Positions 10,502-24,190 of a DNA stretch of 64,000 bases are shown here, in pieces; position 1 is the first letter of the stretch, and each line of letters opens with the position of its first letter. The DNA is taken from NCBI GenBank assembly GCA_001179505.1, contig CDMY01000279.1, positions 62,001-126,000 of the forward strand, given 5' to 3'. The translations under genes and the position numbers were made by a program. A model generated the notes under the pieces. It searched no databases, was not told the DNA's origin, and was given only the letters and a program-made list of their open reading frames with translations. The stretch comes from Vitrella brassicaformis CCMP3155 (lineage: Eukaryota > Protista > Chromerida).

Positions 10502-13500
10502 ATGCAGCTTGCCTCTGGCTTCTTGCGACGTGTGAAGCAGCGCATCGGCACCCGCAACCCGCCAGATGCCGACAAGGACGGCCACGGACAGCCAGAGGGC
10601 GGCACCGCCACCACCAGGAAGGGCCTCTTTGCCTCGCGCTTCCTTCCACGTGGCCTCCGTGAGAAGCGGCGGAGGCGCTCACTGCGGGCGCACCATCACC
10701 ACCAATCAAGACCGGCCAACGGCACCCTCACTGTGCGCGTGATAGCGGGCATCGGGTTGGCAGCGGAAGAGCCTTGCCTGGTGCTGCAGGTGGAGGGAAA
10801 TGAGTGTCGGCTGGAGAAGCCGCGGCGGGACAGCAATGTGGTGCAGTTCACCGCTGCGAGGGCGCCCAAGGGGGGTTCGGTCAACATCACCTACCAGCCG
10901 GGCGCATCGCCGGTGGCCAAGGAGGACACGGATGGTGGTGCCCAAGACAAGACGCAGAAGCCCGACGATGGAGGGAGGACGGCTGCGCAAGATCTGAAGC
11001 AGCAGCCGTTACCACTTGTGGACGTCAGTGGTGGCACCCAGCCGCCGCCCGCCCCCGGCACCACCGAGCCTTCCGCAGCCGACACCGCGGCAGCTGAACG
11101 TGCACCAGCGGCGCGTCCGAACAAGCCGCCCGCTCCAGTGCCGGACACTCAGTCAGGGTCGTCGACCCACTCGACCGGCATTATCAGTGAGCCGCCGCCT
11201 CTTCCGCATCTGAGCGTGTCTTTCAAGGTGGCGGACATGACGAGCGACCTGCACCTACTGCTCTATGAGGACAAGTACGTCCGTCGCGAGATCCTGGTGG
11301 GCCGCGTCATCATCCCGCTGGTGTGGTTCGTGTCGCCCACCGGGCTGCTGGGCTGGCGTGTGCTGCGGGTGGAGGTCTTTCCGCCCACCAAACAGACCGA
11401 GTCAGACCCGGATGAGCTGTTCGAGGTGAGCAGAGAGAGGAGAAACCACGTCCACGCATCCATCGTGGGCACAGACAGACAGATGGCCCTCCTGCCTGCT
11501 GTACTGCGTGTGTGCAGCCTGGGATAATGAATTGTCCCGGCACAGCAATGGTGCGGCCCAGGAAGCCACTGGGTGTGATCCAGCTGGCGATGAAGATGTC
11601 CTTTGACGACCGAGACGGCGCCAGTGAGAGTGGTGGCCTTTCTCGATTCATCGACTGCTCCGTGCTTAGGGTCAGCCACCATACACTCGGGTGCCGTGCA
11701 CTTGTCTGTCTGACTGACTGTCTGTCTGTCTGTGGGCGTATTTGCCATCGGTTTCTTTTGTGTGTGTGTGCGTGTTGCGTGCATCGCCTCAGATGTACAC
11801 AGCAGTGCCGCCCCGTCGTCACAAGAACGCCCCGATTGACGGCATGCAGGGTGATGAAGACGGCGACCAGATGCCGCCCACACACGCAGACTCGGGCAAT
11901 GAGGAAGGTACCCACGCAATTAATTGAAAGACAGCGATCATTGATCATCGTGTGCTCATCTTTTCCATCTGCGTCATTCCATTGGCAGATGACGTCACTT
12001 GGTTGTTTCACCGCCACCTATGGCGGCGCAACTTCGAGCGGCTTCGTCGAGCCCTCACCCTGCCGACCCTGCTGCAGGTCATCCTCACCACCCCGGTGGC
12101 CCTCATCGCTGCCGCAGCGCTCATGGCCTGGACGTGCCTCAAGGCCCAGCCCTACCACATCCCTCTCGAGATCTTCGGCCTCGTGCTCTTCAATGGCGTC
12201 CTCACCCACTACCTCGTCATGCCGCCCACCCCATCCACCCTCCTCGCCGCCAAGTACGACCGGGCGGCCGCTCGAGACGGCGAGAGCTGCTCCTTGCCTC
12301 TGCCGTGTAGCGTGCCGTGGACAGCCAGCATCGAGGGCCTGCCGGCCCAGACGCCATCGGGCGTCAAGACCGCCACACCGCGAGAGTCAGGGGGGCCGCA
12401 GCAAGGTCGACACCAGACAGGCGGCAAGGCAGCGGGCGGTGCGAGGAGCGTCGAGGCCGAGAAGCGTGCTGCGGCGAGTCTTCGCAACAGGAGGGGAGGC
12501 GCAGGTGGGGCAGATATGGTGGCGCAGTCACCCACCGTCTCTGAGGCTTCCCTTCCGCCCGCGCCATCCATCTCGCCACGGTGCGAACCGGAGAAGGACT
12601 CCCGCAGCAGCAGACAGGAGGGAGGGGCCAAGGAAAAGGACAAGGAAAAGGAGAAGGACAACACAGCTACGGCGGTGAACGACCAGCCCGCAGAGGCTTC
12701 CCAGCAGGCGACAGGGAATGTGGTAGAGAGGGTGGATGACGAGGACATCTCCCACATGATTCCGCCCCACTTTCGTCTGCTGTGGCCCACCAAGTACATC
12801 GTCTGGGAGAGTGAGATCGACAGCGCCGCCAACCCTGAGGCGGGCATGAGGCCATGGGAGAGAATCAGAGCGTTCGCCGGTCAGTGAGTGCACAAAAGAC
12901 AGCAGACACAACGTGCTTGCGCTAAAAGCTTAAGTGTGTCTCCTCCTCCTCTGTGGTGCGTGTGTCAGGTCGTGTGAGCAACATTCAGCGTCAGATAGGG
13001 CTGTGGGCGCGGTTCTTCGAGCGATGGTCCAACGCCCTCAGCTTCGCCGACTCCACCGTCTCGCTCTACTGCTACCTCACTCTTGCAGTCATCTGTGTCA
13101 CCCTCTCGATCGCATTCGCCGTCCTTCCCACACGGCTGGTGCTGCTGGTGCTGGGCGAGTGCGCCATTTTCGGCTTCTACTTCGGCTGGTGGGCGGCCTA
13201 CACTCGCCGGATGGCCCGCATTCGGTCGAGGGTTCGCGCACGGCAGCTGATGAAGACCACCCGATCCCACAAGCACAAGCAGGCCAAGGCGAAAGAGCAG
13301 CAGCAGCAGCAGCCGAAGGCTCCCACCGCGACGCCGCCGCCCGAGGCAACAACGAGCAAGAAGGCCCCAACCGACGAAGAGACAACGACCACCACCACAA
13401 CCGCCACCACCGCCACCAGCAGCACCAGAGCGGCCGTGTCGTCCGACGCACAGCCGCCTTCGTCGTGTGATGTGGACACCCTCTCTGTGGACAATGTGAC

Positions 13501-13948
13501 AGTGCCGGCCGAGGACATTGACAACGAGACACTGCAGGAGGGCAACGGGGCCAATGAGATGGACGAGTGTCTGTCGGGGAGCAGCGAGTCCGACCAGGAG
13601 ACACTCGAGGGCGACATCGAGGGCGACATGATGATGGACGACCAGGGGGGTCTGGGGATGGGTGACCTCCCACGGAGCAAGGAGTCGTCTCAGCAGCTGG
13701 TGGGGCTGCTGGGCCACTGGCGACGGGCACTCATCAGACGCATCAACCACACACGCGCACAGGTAGGTAACACAGTTGGGGAGAGGGAGGGGGCGGGGAG
13801 TGGCCAAGCCAAAACGTGTGTGTGCGCTTGTGTGCCGTGTGTGTGTCTTGTGCATCAGGTGGTGAATTTCCTGCTGCGGATTCCTGATGAGGAGATCGTT
13901 GCTCACCGCTTTATCGCCGCGTCGGCACTGCGGATGGATGCTGGCTGA
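10502..13948 (+). CDS. C2-domain membrane protein with a C-terminal PRT_C/MCTP-like transmembrane region
   Basis: C2 strands TLTVRVIAGIGL...LVLQVEG and DLHLLLYEDK...LVGRVIIPL. The MCTP-like segment NIQRQIGLWARFFERWSNALSFADSTVSLYCYLTLAV is followed by hydrophobic helices. Multiple GT-AG introns. Confidence 0.75.
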
Positions 13949-14358
13949 CGGTGGGTTATGCCGACAGATACGTCGGTGGATTATATATGTGTCTCAAGAC
14001 AGCCCGACAGACAGCCCGACAGACGGACAGACGGAGGGTTCTTTGTGTATGTTTTCTGTGTGTGGGTGGGTCATGGGTCATGTGTGTCATCATCACTCAT
14101 GGGGTGGACTGCCAATATGCAGCGAGAGCAGCTTTCACGCAAGGGAGAGGGAGGGGGAAGACGGGAGGGCAGCGCTGTGGCCATCCTCCCATATATCCAG
14201 GGGTCGGTCTTTCGCGTGTGTGGCTGACTGACTGAGCTCAGTCTTCTGTTTTTGGAGTGAGTGCCTTTCTGTGTGTGGCCCATAGAGACTTTCTCAACCA
14301 ACCAACCACCACATCAGACGCGTGTGTGTATCCGTCATTCAATGAGCCCATCAATCAT

Positions 14359-16235
14359 TCAATCGTCCGTCCCGGGCAATGCAATTGTCGTGGCGAACTG
14401 CAGACAGTTCCTAAACCGCAGCACAGCGAACTCACTCCACAGACGCAGCTTCCTAGGGAAGAGGCCTCTAGCTAAGGGGTGGGGCAGCAGGATGCACCCG
14501 TGCCGCCTCTTCCCCCCTCCCCACTCAGCCCCCCGCCGTATCTTCATGTCCATCAGCACTCTCAGGTCGCCATACAGAGCGTCGAGAGAACGGCACTTGT
14601 CATCACCCAGCAGCCCAGACAGACTCCGAACGGTCTCTCTCTCATCAGCGGGGTCGTCTTCAGCCAAAGTTTGTTGTGCATCTCTATCAGTGGTGAGGAG
14701 GCCGCTGATGTCCATTGGCACATAGGGTGGGTCCACCAGGATGTGGTCGAAGAGGGCGGTGGAGAGGCTGCCCGCCGCCGGCTGCTGGGGGGCCTTTGCG
14801 CCGGCCGGCTTGGTGAGCAGCAGGTCCTGAAACTTCCCGTGGTGCACGTTGATCAAAGGCAGCACCTGTATGTCCATGTCCCACACACAGGGAGGCGGTG
14901 TTGGTGTTGGTGTGTGTGGGGGAGCCTCCCCTCCCTGCTGCTTACATTAGCCTTTTCAGCGTTTTTGATGGTGCCGACGATTTCCCTCCACCCCTCCTCA
15001 CAGCCCACGAGCCGGCCCTCAAGCCTCCTCCACTCCCTGCTGTTGGGGAGGACCATCCGGCGGTCGCACTCTTGTCTGGTCGCCAGCCATAAGCCCGGGT
15101 CGTGGAAGGGCAGGTGCTGAAAGCCCCAGGAGTGCTCTGGCCGCATGTAGCCACAGGGGGTGCGGGTGGCCATCAGGGCCGCCTCCACCAGAATGGTTCC
15201 CGTGCCGCACATGGGGTCGAGCAGACTGGCAGTCGGCCGCCGACGTGTCTGTTGGTCGCGGCTCGTGGGTGTGTCTTGAGTGTGGTCGTCGTTGTTGACG
15301 TGTTCGTGGGCGAACCCAGAGGATAGAAGCATTGCTGATGCCGTGCAGGGGTCCAGCGAGTAGGGCAGCGTCACATCACTGCAGGCAGACAGAGAGATGC
15401 ACCCATTGGCAAGCAACCAAGGGACATGAGGGAGGCTGTTCTGTCCTGCCTCTGTCTGTCTGTGCCCACCCACAGGTATGGCCTTCGCGATAGCGATTGC
15501 TGCGGCCCTGTGGTGTCGATCTGGACCACCACTTCACCGTCCCCGTGAGCCACCACACGGACCAGCCGCTGCGGATCCTTCAGCACCACCCTCACACACG
15601 CCTCACTGCCCACGTCTGCGGCCACGTCAACACCCCCAGGAACCGCCGCCGCCTTGGCCTCGCTTGACGTCGGCCTTGTCGTGTCGAGCCGGTCGAGGAT
15701 GGCATCCTTGACCAGCTGAGAAAGGTACCGTGTGGATGTGGCCCAGCCCATTGCACCACCTTCTGATGATGAAGGTGGTGCACTATCAACGGGGGCAGCT
15801 GGCGCGCCTTGGCTCGGTAGGTGGGGGACGATCAGCTGGCTATTGACAGCAAAGGTTTGCGGCGGGTCGGTTGAGCCGCTGCTGCGGCGGGCGCGGGCGC
15901 GGAACACCTGTGTCCAGTCGACGCTGCGCAGCCCGTCGATGAAGTCAGCCTTGCTGCTGCAGTGAAACCGGCCCAGCTCCACAGACACGCGAGATGCCAC
16001 ACTGCAAAGGGAGAGGGGGAAGAAACATTATCTGAATGAATCAGCGAATGAATGGGCGGATCTCCCGTGCCCACCGTGACATATAGTTGAGGAGGTAGAC
16101 GTCCCTCAGCTCGGCGTCTGGCAGCAGGACCCCGCATCGCTGCAGCTGCAGCTGCTTCCGGTCGTAGCCCAACGACACGAGCTCGTTGGCGAGCGAACTC
16201 TCCAGGCCGCGGCGGGTGGACAGAAAGCACCGCAT
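14359..16235 (-). CDS. THUMP-domain rRNA m2G methyltransferase, RlmL/UPF0020-like
   Basis: N-terminus MRCFLSTRRGLESSLANELVSLG, SAM-binding LLDPMCGTGTILVEAALMA, GFQHLPFHDPGLW and the amino-methyltransferase motif ILVDPPY. Confidence 0.85.
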
Positions 16236-16456
16236 CAAGGAGATCTTCGCGCCTCCCCTTCGACGTTAGCGAGCGCCCTTCAGGCGTGCGAGCTAGCAAG
16301 CACGCGAGAAGGGACGCCGAAGGGATGCGGTGTAGCGCAGTGAATAGTGCAACACAGACACCGTGTGATCTCAAGAAGCAGCGGGTAGGTAGCCGACATC
16401 AGATCTTAGCTGGCGTCTGTGTCAGTGCTTTTGGGAAGTGTAGCGGCTGACGAGAG

Positions 16457-19400
16457 ATGCCGAGCAAGGGCGAGCGGACAACTGAGAGGGAGTATTCCCT
16501 GAGCTTCAATGACCTGTGCCGGCTGCTGTGCGAGAGCGGCAACCGGGGCTCCACTCTCAATCCATACTTCCCTCTCAGGTCAGCACCCACGAGACACACA
16601 CGCGCCTGTGAGTGCATGCACCCATCTGTGTCTGTGGGGACACGTGTGTGTGTTGCTGGCTGCAGCTTTGAGACCTATGGTGACGGCGCGGCGCGGGACG
16701 ACATCATCCACAAGCTGAGCATGCCGTGCAGCACGCTGCTGTCGCTGGAGAGGGAGGACAGCCACGAGCTCGACAAGGCCGTCAAGGACGCCTATCCCCC
16801 ACCCCACACACAGCCTCCCCTCCCACCCTACTATGGCTTCAAGACCGAGGCCATCTTTGAGGCGCACAAGAGCGCGTGCAAGGCGCTCGACCACTGTGTG
16901 CACAACCGGATGGAGGAGGGGCTGAAGCGGGTCAAGGAGATACTGGCCACGGAGCCGCTGTGCGCGCAGGCCATCCTGGTGCAGGCACAGTTCGATACCG
17001 AAACATACCGGGTGGGTGGGTGGTTTGTGGCGAGAGAGGGGGAAGAGGAAGACACACAGGGCGTCACAGAAGTTGCGCATGACGTGGGTATGGTGTGTAA
17101 TGCATGTTGTCGTCGTGGCGTGTCTTCAGGATGCGTTGGCTTTGTTCCGTCGTGCGCTGGAGGTGTCGCTCGAGGCGTGTCAGGAGGATCTGATAGATGA
17201 CCTCATCCGCCACCCCCTCAGCGACGACGACTGCCGCGCCGTCGAGCCGACATCCGGCCAGAGCCTGCTGAGCACCGCCCTCGCCGGCCACTCATCACCT
17301 GCCGCCAGCCCCACATCGTCGTCAGGGGGGAGGAGGAAAGGCACATCGCGGCGGAACCAGTACAGGGCCCCTAGAGTGGACTCACACACGTATGTGGGTC
17401 TGCGGCCGTGGTATCGGTCGGTGCTGGGCATCGCCATGACATGTCTTAAGATCGGGGTCTTCACCATTAGGGGCGGCAGCGAGGCCAAGGCCCTGGGGCG
17501 GGAGAAGGACCCCAGTCGAGATGCACAGTGGTACCTGCTACAGGCCAGGGAGCACTTCCTGGTGCTCCTCTCCACCGAGAGATCCGAGCGAGACCCCAAA
17601 GCAGTCTGGGGTAAGTCACCGGCACCGCACACACCGAGCAATGAGGAGGGAAAGGGGAAATATGGTGTGTGTGGTGTGGTGTGGTATGTGCCCTGACCGT
17701 GTCTTTCGTGTCAGGTTCCTACCAGCATTTCATGCCTTACATGCCCACGACTCTGCTGTGGAACTGCATGCCTGTGGAGGCGTGTCTGGCCTTCCTCGAC
17801 ACACACGACAAGAAGGAGACAGCCAACGAGTTCAGCGGGACCACACTCCCGTGGCGCTTCTCCACCGCACTCTGTGACTTTGTCGTCGGCCGGGCGACCG
17901 TCAGCCCGCCGCCGGGAGGGGGCCAGACGCTCGACGCCTACCTGAGGCTGCAGGCGCTCAGACAGCTGGCCATGACACTCGTCAACTGTAAGCCAGCAAC
18001 AAGAGATAGATGCATCCATCCATCAGAGCTTGTGGATGGATGCTGTGTGTGCCGTGTGGTGCGCAGGTGCTACTGAGTCTGCGGGCGTGTATGGCAGCGT
18101 CAATTACAGTTTGCTCGGTACCGGAGAGCGAGAGAGACCACACAGAACAGACACACCGGCCATCCATCCATCCATGAGTACCTTTCTTCTCTTTATGTGT
18201 GGGTTTTCTCCTCCCTTGATGCAGGCGACGTGGTAGCATACATCAGCGGAACGAAGCCCCTGCCCAAGGCGAGCATCCCCGTGTGGCTGCCGTCATACGC
18301 CGGGCCGCGCGGCTCCCTCAGCCTCATCCAGGCATGTCTCTACGCCAAGCTGGCCGGCGACCTCTGGCATCGCACACCCTCGGCCCTCGACTTCCTCCAC
18401 CGTGTCTACAACTCGGCCGTCGCGTCTCTGATGCTGCACCACAACGACCTCCTGACGCACTCCAAGACTGCTGCCAGCACCGTGCCAAAGGATGAGCAGA
18501 GCTACCGCGGCTTCATGCGCGCCATGCTCGGCTCCACAGACACATCAGGGGCCAGCAGCACCACCACGACATTCGCCGCCAGCGCGCCGGCGATCCCTGA
18601 CGCGATAGTGGAGATTGTGAGCGGCGGCAAGACCATCCTGGAGCGAGCGGCTGACTGTTCGACGGCGCACCTTAAGCTGCTGGTGCAGGCGGGCGTGACG
18701 CCTCTGACTCCCATCCACACCTGCAGCACTGGGTGTTACAAGGACAAGCGCGCCCGAGCCGGCAAGGCGGCCACTGCTGGCAGCACCGCTGAAGCCGACA
18801 ACGACAACCAGCCCGTCCTTCCGTACCTATCGCAGAAGGTCGGCTACCACGACCTAGACCCTGAGATGGCCATCATTGCCGCAACGGCCAAGCCCAAAGG
18901 CCTCCCGCTCTTCGGCTTCCCGCCCTACCCGGCGCTTGAGGGCCGTGCACCCCCAAATGTCGCCAGTCTGTGCCGCCTCGAGCATCGGTCCTGTCTCGAG
19001 CTCGCCGTCGCACGAGGCCACGTCGCATTGGTTCGTTCGCTGCTGCTGAGAATTGTAGAGAACCATCTGCTGACGGGCCATCTGTTCATGCGCCGGAAGA
19101 GGCTGCAGAAGAAGTCCCAGCCCGGCGGCAAGGGCAAGGGAGGAGGCCACACACACACGGGCAAGGGCGCCTCCAGTAGTAGCAGCAGCAGCGGTGCGGG
19201 CGGGCCCCAGCAGCCGGCAAGCGGCGACACCGAGGGCGTTGAGTTCGGCGAGTGTCTGCTGGCCACACTCATGGAGACCCTCGTGCAGGAGCAGCGCGAC
19301 AGCGACACGGACGAGTATGCCCGCATGCTTGAGATGCTCGTCGGCTTCGGTGCCCCCGAGCCGCCCCAGTCTGCCTCGCTGCCCCTCACCCGCCACCTGG

Positions 19401-20866
19401 TCACCCTGCGAGGCGTGCAGATCCGCGACCATCCCAGGCGATACACCATCGTCCGCAACATTCTCACCACGCTCAGGATCAAGATCACCCTGGCAGCCAA
19501 GGCCAAGGGCCGGGGCGACACGGGAGGCGATGTGGCCGGCAAGGATGAGGCCCTGTGGGAGGGTGTGTGGGAGGATGAGGGGCCGGCGAGAAACGTCAGC
19601 AGAGCACCGCTCAAGGGCACCATGTCGCAGAGCACGACGGCGTCGTCGGCTGCGCCATCAGCACGTGGGTCAACGAGGGCGTCGCCCGTGGCCGTGCGGT
19701 CCCCCTCGCCCGTCAAGATTATTGAGGATGAGTGGGTGGACTTGGGGGCCAAGAGAAAGACCAGCAAGAAGAAAAAGGCGGCACACAAGGCTGACCAACC
19801 CAATGGCGGCCAAGGCGATGCGACCAAGTCCGCCAGCACATCCCCGCCAGAGTCCGCCGACCCATCCCCCTCCTCTCGTCAATCGCATGCCCTGTCGATG
19901 TCTCTCCAGCCGATAGTGAAGCGCCAGCTTGCTGTGGAGCTGCCCCAGGCCGTGAGGACGGCCGCCATAGACCTGCTCAAGGTGTGCGAGGCGGCCCTCA
20001 AGGCGCCCATGCCGGAGCGGCAGCTGGACACCGAGAGTGTGCACACGAGGGACTCGGTGGTGCTGGAGGGTGAGGGGCTGCCGCTGCCCAGCCAGACGGT
20101 GGAGATCGTCGGCGGGACTGACGACACGCTCATCGGCCGGTTTGGGACCTACGTCAGGCCGGCATCCGACAGCGTCATGGGTGTTGACGATGGCGACACG
20201 GACGGGCCAGTCGACCCCTCGACGGAGCTGCACGAGGTCCTGCTGGACCCTCTCGTGGTGGAGGACGTCACGCCGACGAGCAGCAAGGACTCGGTTGTGT
20301 CGACAAGTGCGGCCCCCGAGTGTGTGTTGGTGCCTCGCTATGCGTTTCGTGTGGTGTGGCTGCCACCGCCCAAGATGCTCGGTGGCAAGGAGGTGCGGCT
20401 GCAGAACCTGAAGGCCGACCTGCATCTCAACGGCAGACGGGGAGTCGTCACACAATATGGCGGCACTGACAACAAGGGAGAAGACAGGTATGTACCCAAC
20501 GAAGGAATGAGTGCATCAACCCATCTCATCAACCAGAATCCTGGTCTGCTTCCCCCCTCGTGTAGGTACGTGTGTGATGTGGATTATCGCATGGGCGAGC
20601 AGGGCCCCGACACGAGCGAGACCGACCTGCGCGGCCGCCGTGTGCGGCTGCATCACCTGCAGCTGCTGAAGCACACACGCATGGGCGGCAGCAGCCCCAA
20701 GGCCCAGCCGCTCATGGAGGAGCGGGACATCGATGCCGAGACGGAGCGTGTGGAGCTGGCCAACGAGGAGGTGCGCGAGAGCCTCTACGCCGACACGCGC
20801 AAGCTGCTCAAGTTCTTCGGTGCATGGGTGCCGGGGCCTCTCGTAGACATCCATGCCATCGACTGA
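16457..20866 (+). CDS. Large hypothetical multi-exon protein with an ankyrin-like motif and a C-terminal SH3/KOW-like segment
   Basis: Long ORFs joined by GT-AG introns. SCLELAVARGHVALVRSLL is ankyrin-like. EVRLQNLKADLHLNGRRGVV is a recurrent L-x-x-x-x-x-LNG-x-x-G-x-V SH3-like motif. Function not recognised. Confidence 0.7.
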
Positions 20867-22379
20867 CAGACTGACGGACTCACTGTCTAAATGAAGGGAG
20901 GGTCATAGATTAGAGTAGCTGCTGCGAGGTGCGCACGACGGCTGAAGGGGCAGGGTGAAGCCGTTCATCGCGTGGTCTGAGGGAGGCGTTGGGGGCCTCT
21001 CTTGCTTGCGATGTGCTGCTTGATCCGACTCTTGAAGAGCCCGTGGCGCCTCACCGACCCAGAGGCTGGCTGCTCGGTAAATAGGCCTCCCATAGCAATG
21101 CTGAGGCAGGCCGGTCTGCCTGCCTGGGGATGGAATGGTAGCCAGCTGTCCTTGTCGACGGACATATAGACAATCTACATATGAATGCCACTCAATGACC
21201 GGTGGGTGAGTGACATCAGCATTCATCGGCCGTGCTGCAGCCAGCTCCCACAGCTGCTCCCCCAACCCAATTCTTCCCCATCACCCGGGCCATACGTACT
21301 TGCACTTGGTGGCGGTGCGTGTGGTGCATTGTGCTTGCACTTGTGTGTGTATCTGACTGGATGAATGCGTGAATGAATGAAGGGCTGCTGCCGCTACAGA
21401 TGTGCACACACACACACACACACACATACGCAGCCAAAACGGACTCATCCCCTTGCAACTTGATTGGCTCATGCGCCGTTCGTTCACCATGGTGCATGGT
21501 GGACTAAGCGCGTGGGTGGCGGTGGTCGCCGACCGACGCACACCGATGGCCATCGGCTGCATGCCGCTGCGTGCACAGCACACCACAGCGCTCCACAGCC
21601 GCAGCCGCAGCCGTCGAGAAATATGGAGCAAAGGAGGAAATGTCGAGAATTTTGGGGACGGAGACGGAGACGCCCCAAAATTTAATTAGTTCGCTCAAGT
21701 TCGCTCCGCTCGCTGCTGGTCTTCTCCACGTTCGGAAAGCCTTTCTGCCCGCGTCGTGAGTCGGACAGCCGCATGGATGGCCTCATCTACTGACCGCACC
21801 GTGACCGACGCGGCCGTGCAGAAACCATCACTCCCACTCCCACTCCCCCTCCCCGCCCACCACCACCACCAGCAGGGCGGGCACGACGGAGCCGCACCCG
21901 ACACAGCAGACCAGCACGGCCACTGAGGGAGGAAACAGCCGGCCGCCCTCCCACCGGCCGTGTCTTTGCCCGCCATGCCAGCGCCGAGACCAGCCGCAGT
22001 ACGAGAGGATGGGATTCGTGACTTCCCCCTTCGCGACTCGTGGGTCGAGATGGTCGACAGCTGTGCAGCCAACCAAAGGCCGATTCCCGCCCCCTCCGCC
22101 GCTGACGAAGACCCTTGAGTCACCCGAGATCACACGTGAGCCACGTGCACAGGGAAGGATGATGCGAGGGGATGCGGGCGGATATCTGTCGGTGTTTGTG
22201 TTTGTGTGCGATGTTGCTCGTACAGTTGGCACAGACACCGAACCTCGGCAACACGTGTTATCAGTAAGAAAGCCACAATTGAACGTCAATACATACTTAC
22301 CCTTTCTCTCCTTGTGGGCGGTGTGCAGAAATGCCGTCGTCTAACCACTGAAGGAGACGCCAGTGCTCTCAACGCTCGT

Positions 22380-24190
22380 GTCATGTTGATCTGTCTGTCT
22401 GGGTGCGTGTGTGGGTGTGTCGTGTCAGCAAGCAGGTGACCATCTTCAGGCTCCCGCCGGCGTTCAGGCTGACGATCAGCCGGTTTCTCAAGGACAAGAG
22501 CGGCACACCCCAGTCCGCTTCAAGACCCGCAACTTCTGTCCCGGCGGGGTCCACGGCCTGTGCGAGCACTCCTGTGAGGAGAGATATGGGAGAGCGGCGG
22601 GGAGGGTGCGCTCATGCCTCTGTGTGTCCCTCTGTGTGTGTGTTGGGTGTTTTAGGGCACCCGACGATCGGCCGCGCCGCGAGTACGACCTCTACGCCGT
22701 GACCCACCACGGCGGCATCCTGAATGGCGGACACTCCTACGCCTAAGCACCTGACTGACAGACACGCACACACACAGACAACGCGTGACTGCAGAAGTGA
22801 AATGTGTGTCTGTCTGTGTGTGTCCGTGTCCGTGTCCGCGTGTGCAGCTGCGTTAAGTTGGTGAAGAACGGCGTGGTGTTGTGGGTGCGCCTCGACGACA
22901 AAGAGACACACTACGACATCCCTGAGGAGGAGCTGCAGGGTACGGGCCCAGCAAGACGCACATGACATGAGCTGTATTGTTTTGGGTCTGCCTGCATTGC
23001 GTGTGTCCCTGTGTGCGTCAGGATCGACTGCTTAAACCTTGTGGTACGTCGCGCGTGACATGCCCAAGGTGTTCCAGGAAGCACGGACGATCCACATCCC
23101 CAAACGTATTGATGACCACCCACACACGACCACAGACACACAGACACCCTCTCCCATGCCCTCTGCTTATGCATATCTGTCACGTTGTGTGAGCAGCGGC
23201 CCCGCCCCCAGCGAAGCCCCCGACCACCACCAAGGGCAAGGCGGCCCCGCCCCCGCCGAAGCCCTCCACCAGCAGCAACGGCGGCATGTTGAGGCCAGGT
23301 GGGTGGGGGGACGGTTTCCGTGCTCTTGTCATGTTGATCTGTCTGTCTGGGTGCGTGTGTGGGTGTGTCGTGTCAGCAAGCAGGTGACCATCTTCAGGCT
23401 CCCGCCGGCGTTCAGGCTGACGATCAGCCGGTTTCTCAAGGACAAGAGCGGCACACCCCAGTCCGCTTCAAGACCAGCAACTTCTGTCCGGGGGCGGTCC
23501 ACGGCCTGTGCGAGCACTCCTGAGGAGAGATGTGGGAGAGAGGCGGGGAGGGTGCGCTCATGCCTCTGTGTGTCTCTGTGTGTGTTGCGTTTTCAGAGGA
23601 TCCCTCCATCAGCCGCGAGTATGATCTCTACGCCGTGACACACCACGGCGGCATCCTGAACGGCGGCCACTTCTGGGCGTAAGCACCCGACGGACAGACA
23701 GACATACACACAGACAGAACGTGACTGCAAAAGGGAAATGTGTGTCTGTCTGTCTGTGTGTGTCCGTGTCCGCGTGTGCAGCGATGTGAAGCGGGTGGTG
23801 GATGGCGTGGAACTGTGGCTGCGTTTCGACGACGACAAGCCAGTCTACTTCATACCTGAGGAGGAGCTGCAGGGTACGGGATGGCCCAGCAAGATGCACA
23901 TGACATGAGCTGTATTGTTTTGGGTCTGCCTGGCTTACGTGTGTCCCTGTGTGCGTCAGGGTCGACGGCCTACATCCTCTGGTACGTCGCTCGCGACATG
24001 CCCAAGGTGTTACAGGAGGCACGGACGGTCACCATCCGCAAACGTATGTATGACCACCCACACACGACCACAGACACACAGACACCCTCTCCCATGCCCT
24101 CTGCCTATGCATGTCTGCACGTTGTGTGCAGCGGCCCCGCCTCCAGCGAAGCCCCCGACCACCACCAACAGCAAGGCGGCCCCGCCAGCG
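22380..24190 (+). repeat. Tandem duplication of about 0.9-0.95 kb (22380-23260 vs 23327-24190) including introns
   Basis: Introns and exons are near-identical in both units, e.g. gtcatgttgatctgtctgtctgggtgcgtgtgtgggtgtgtcgtgtcagcaagcaggtgaccatcttcagg and gaggaggagctgcagggtacgg. Confidence 0.9.
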
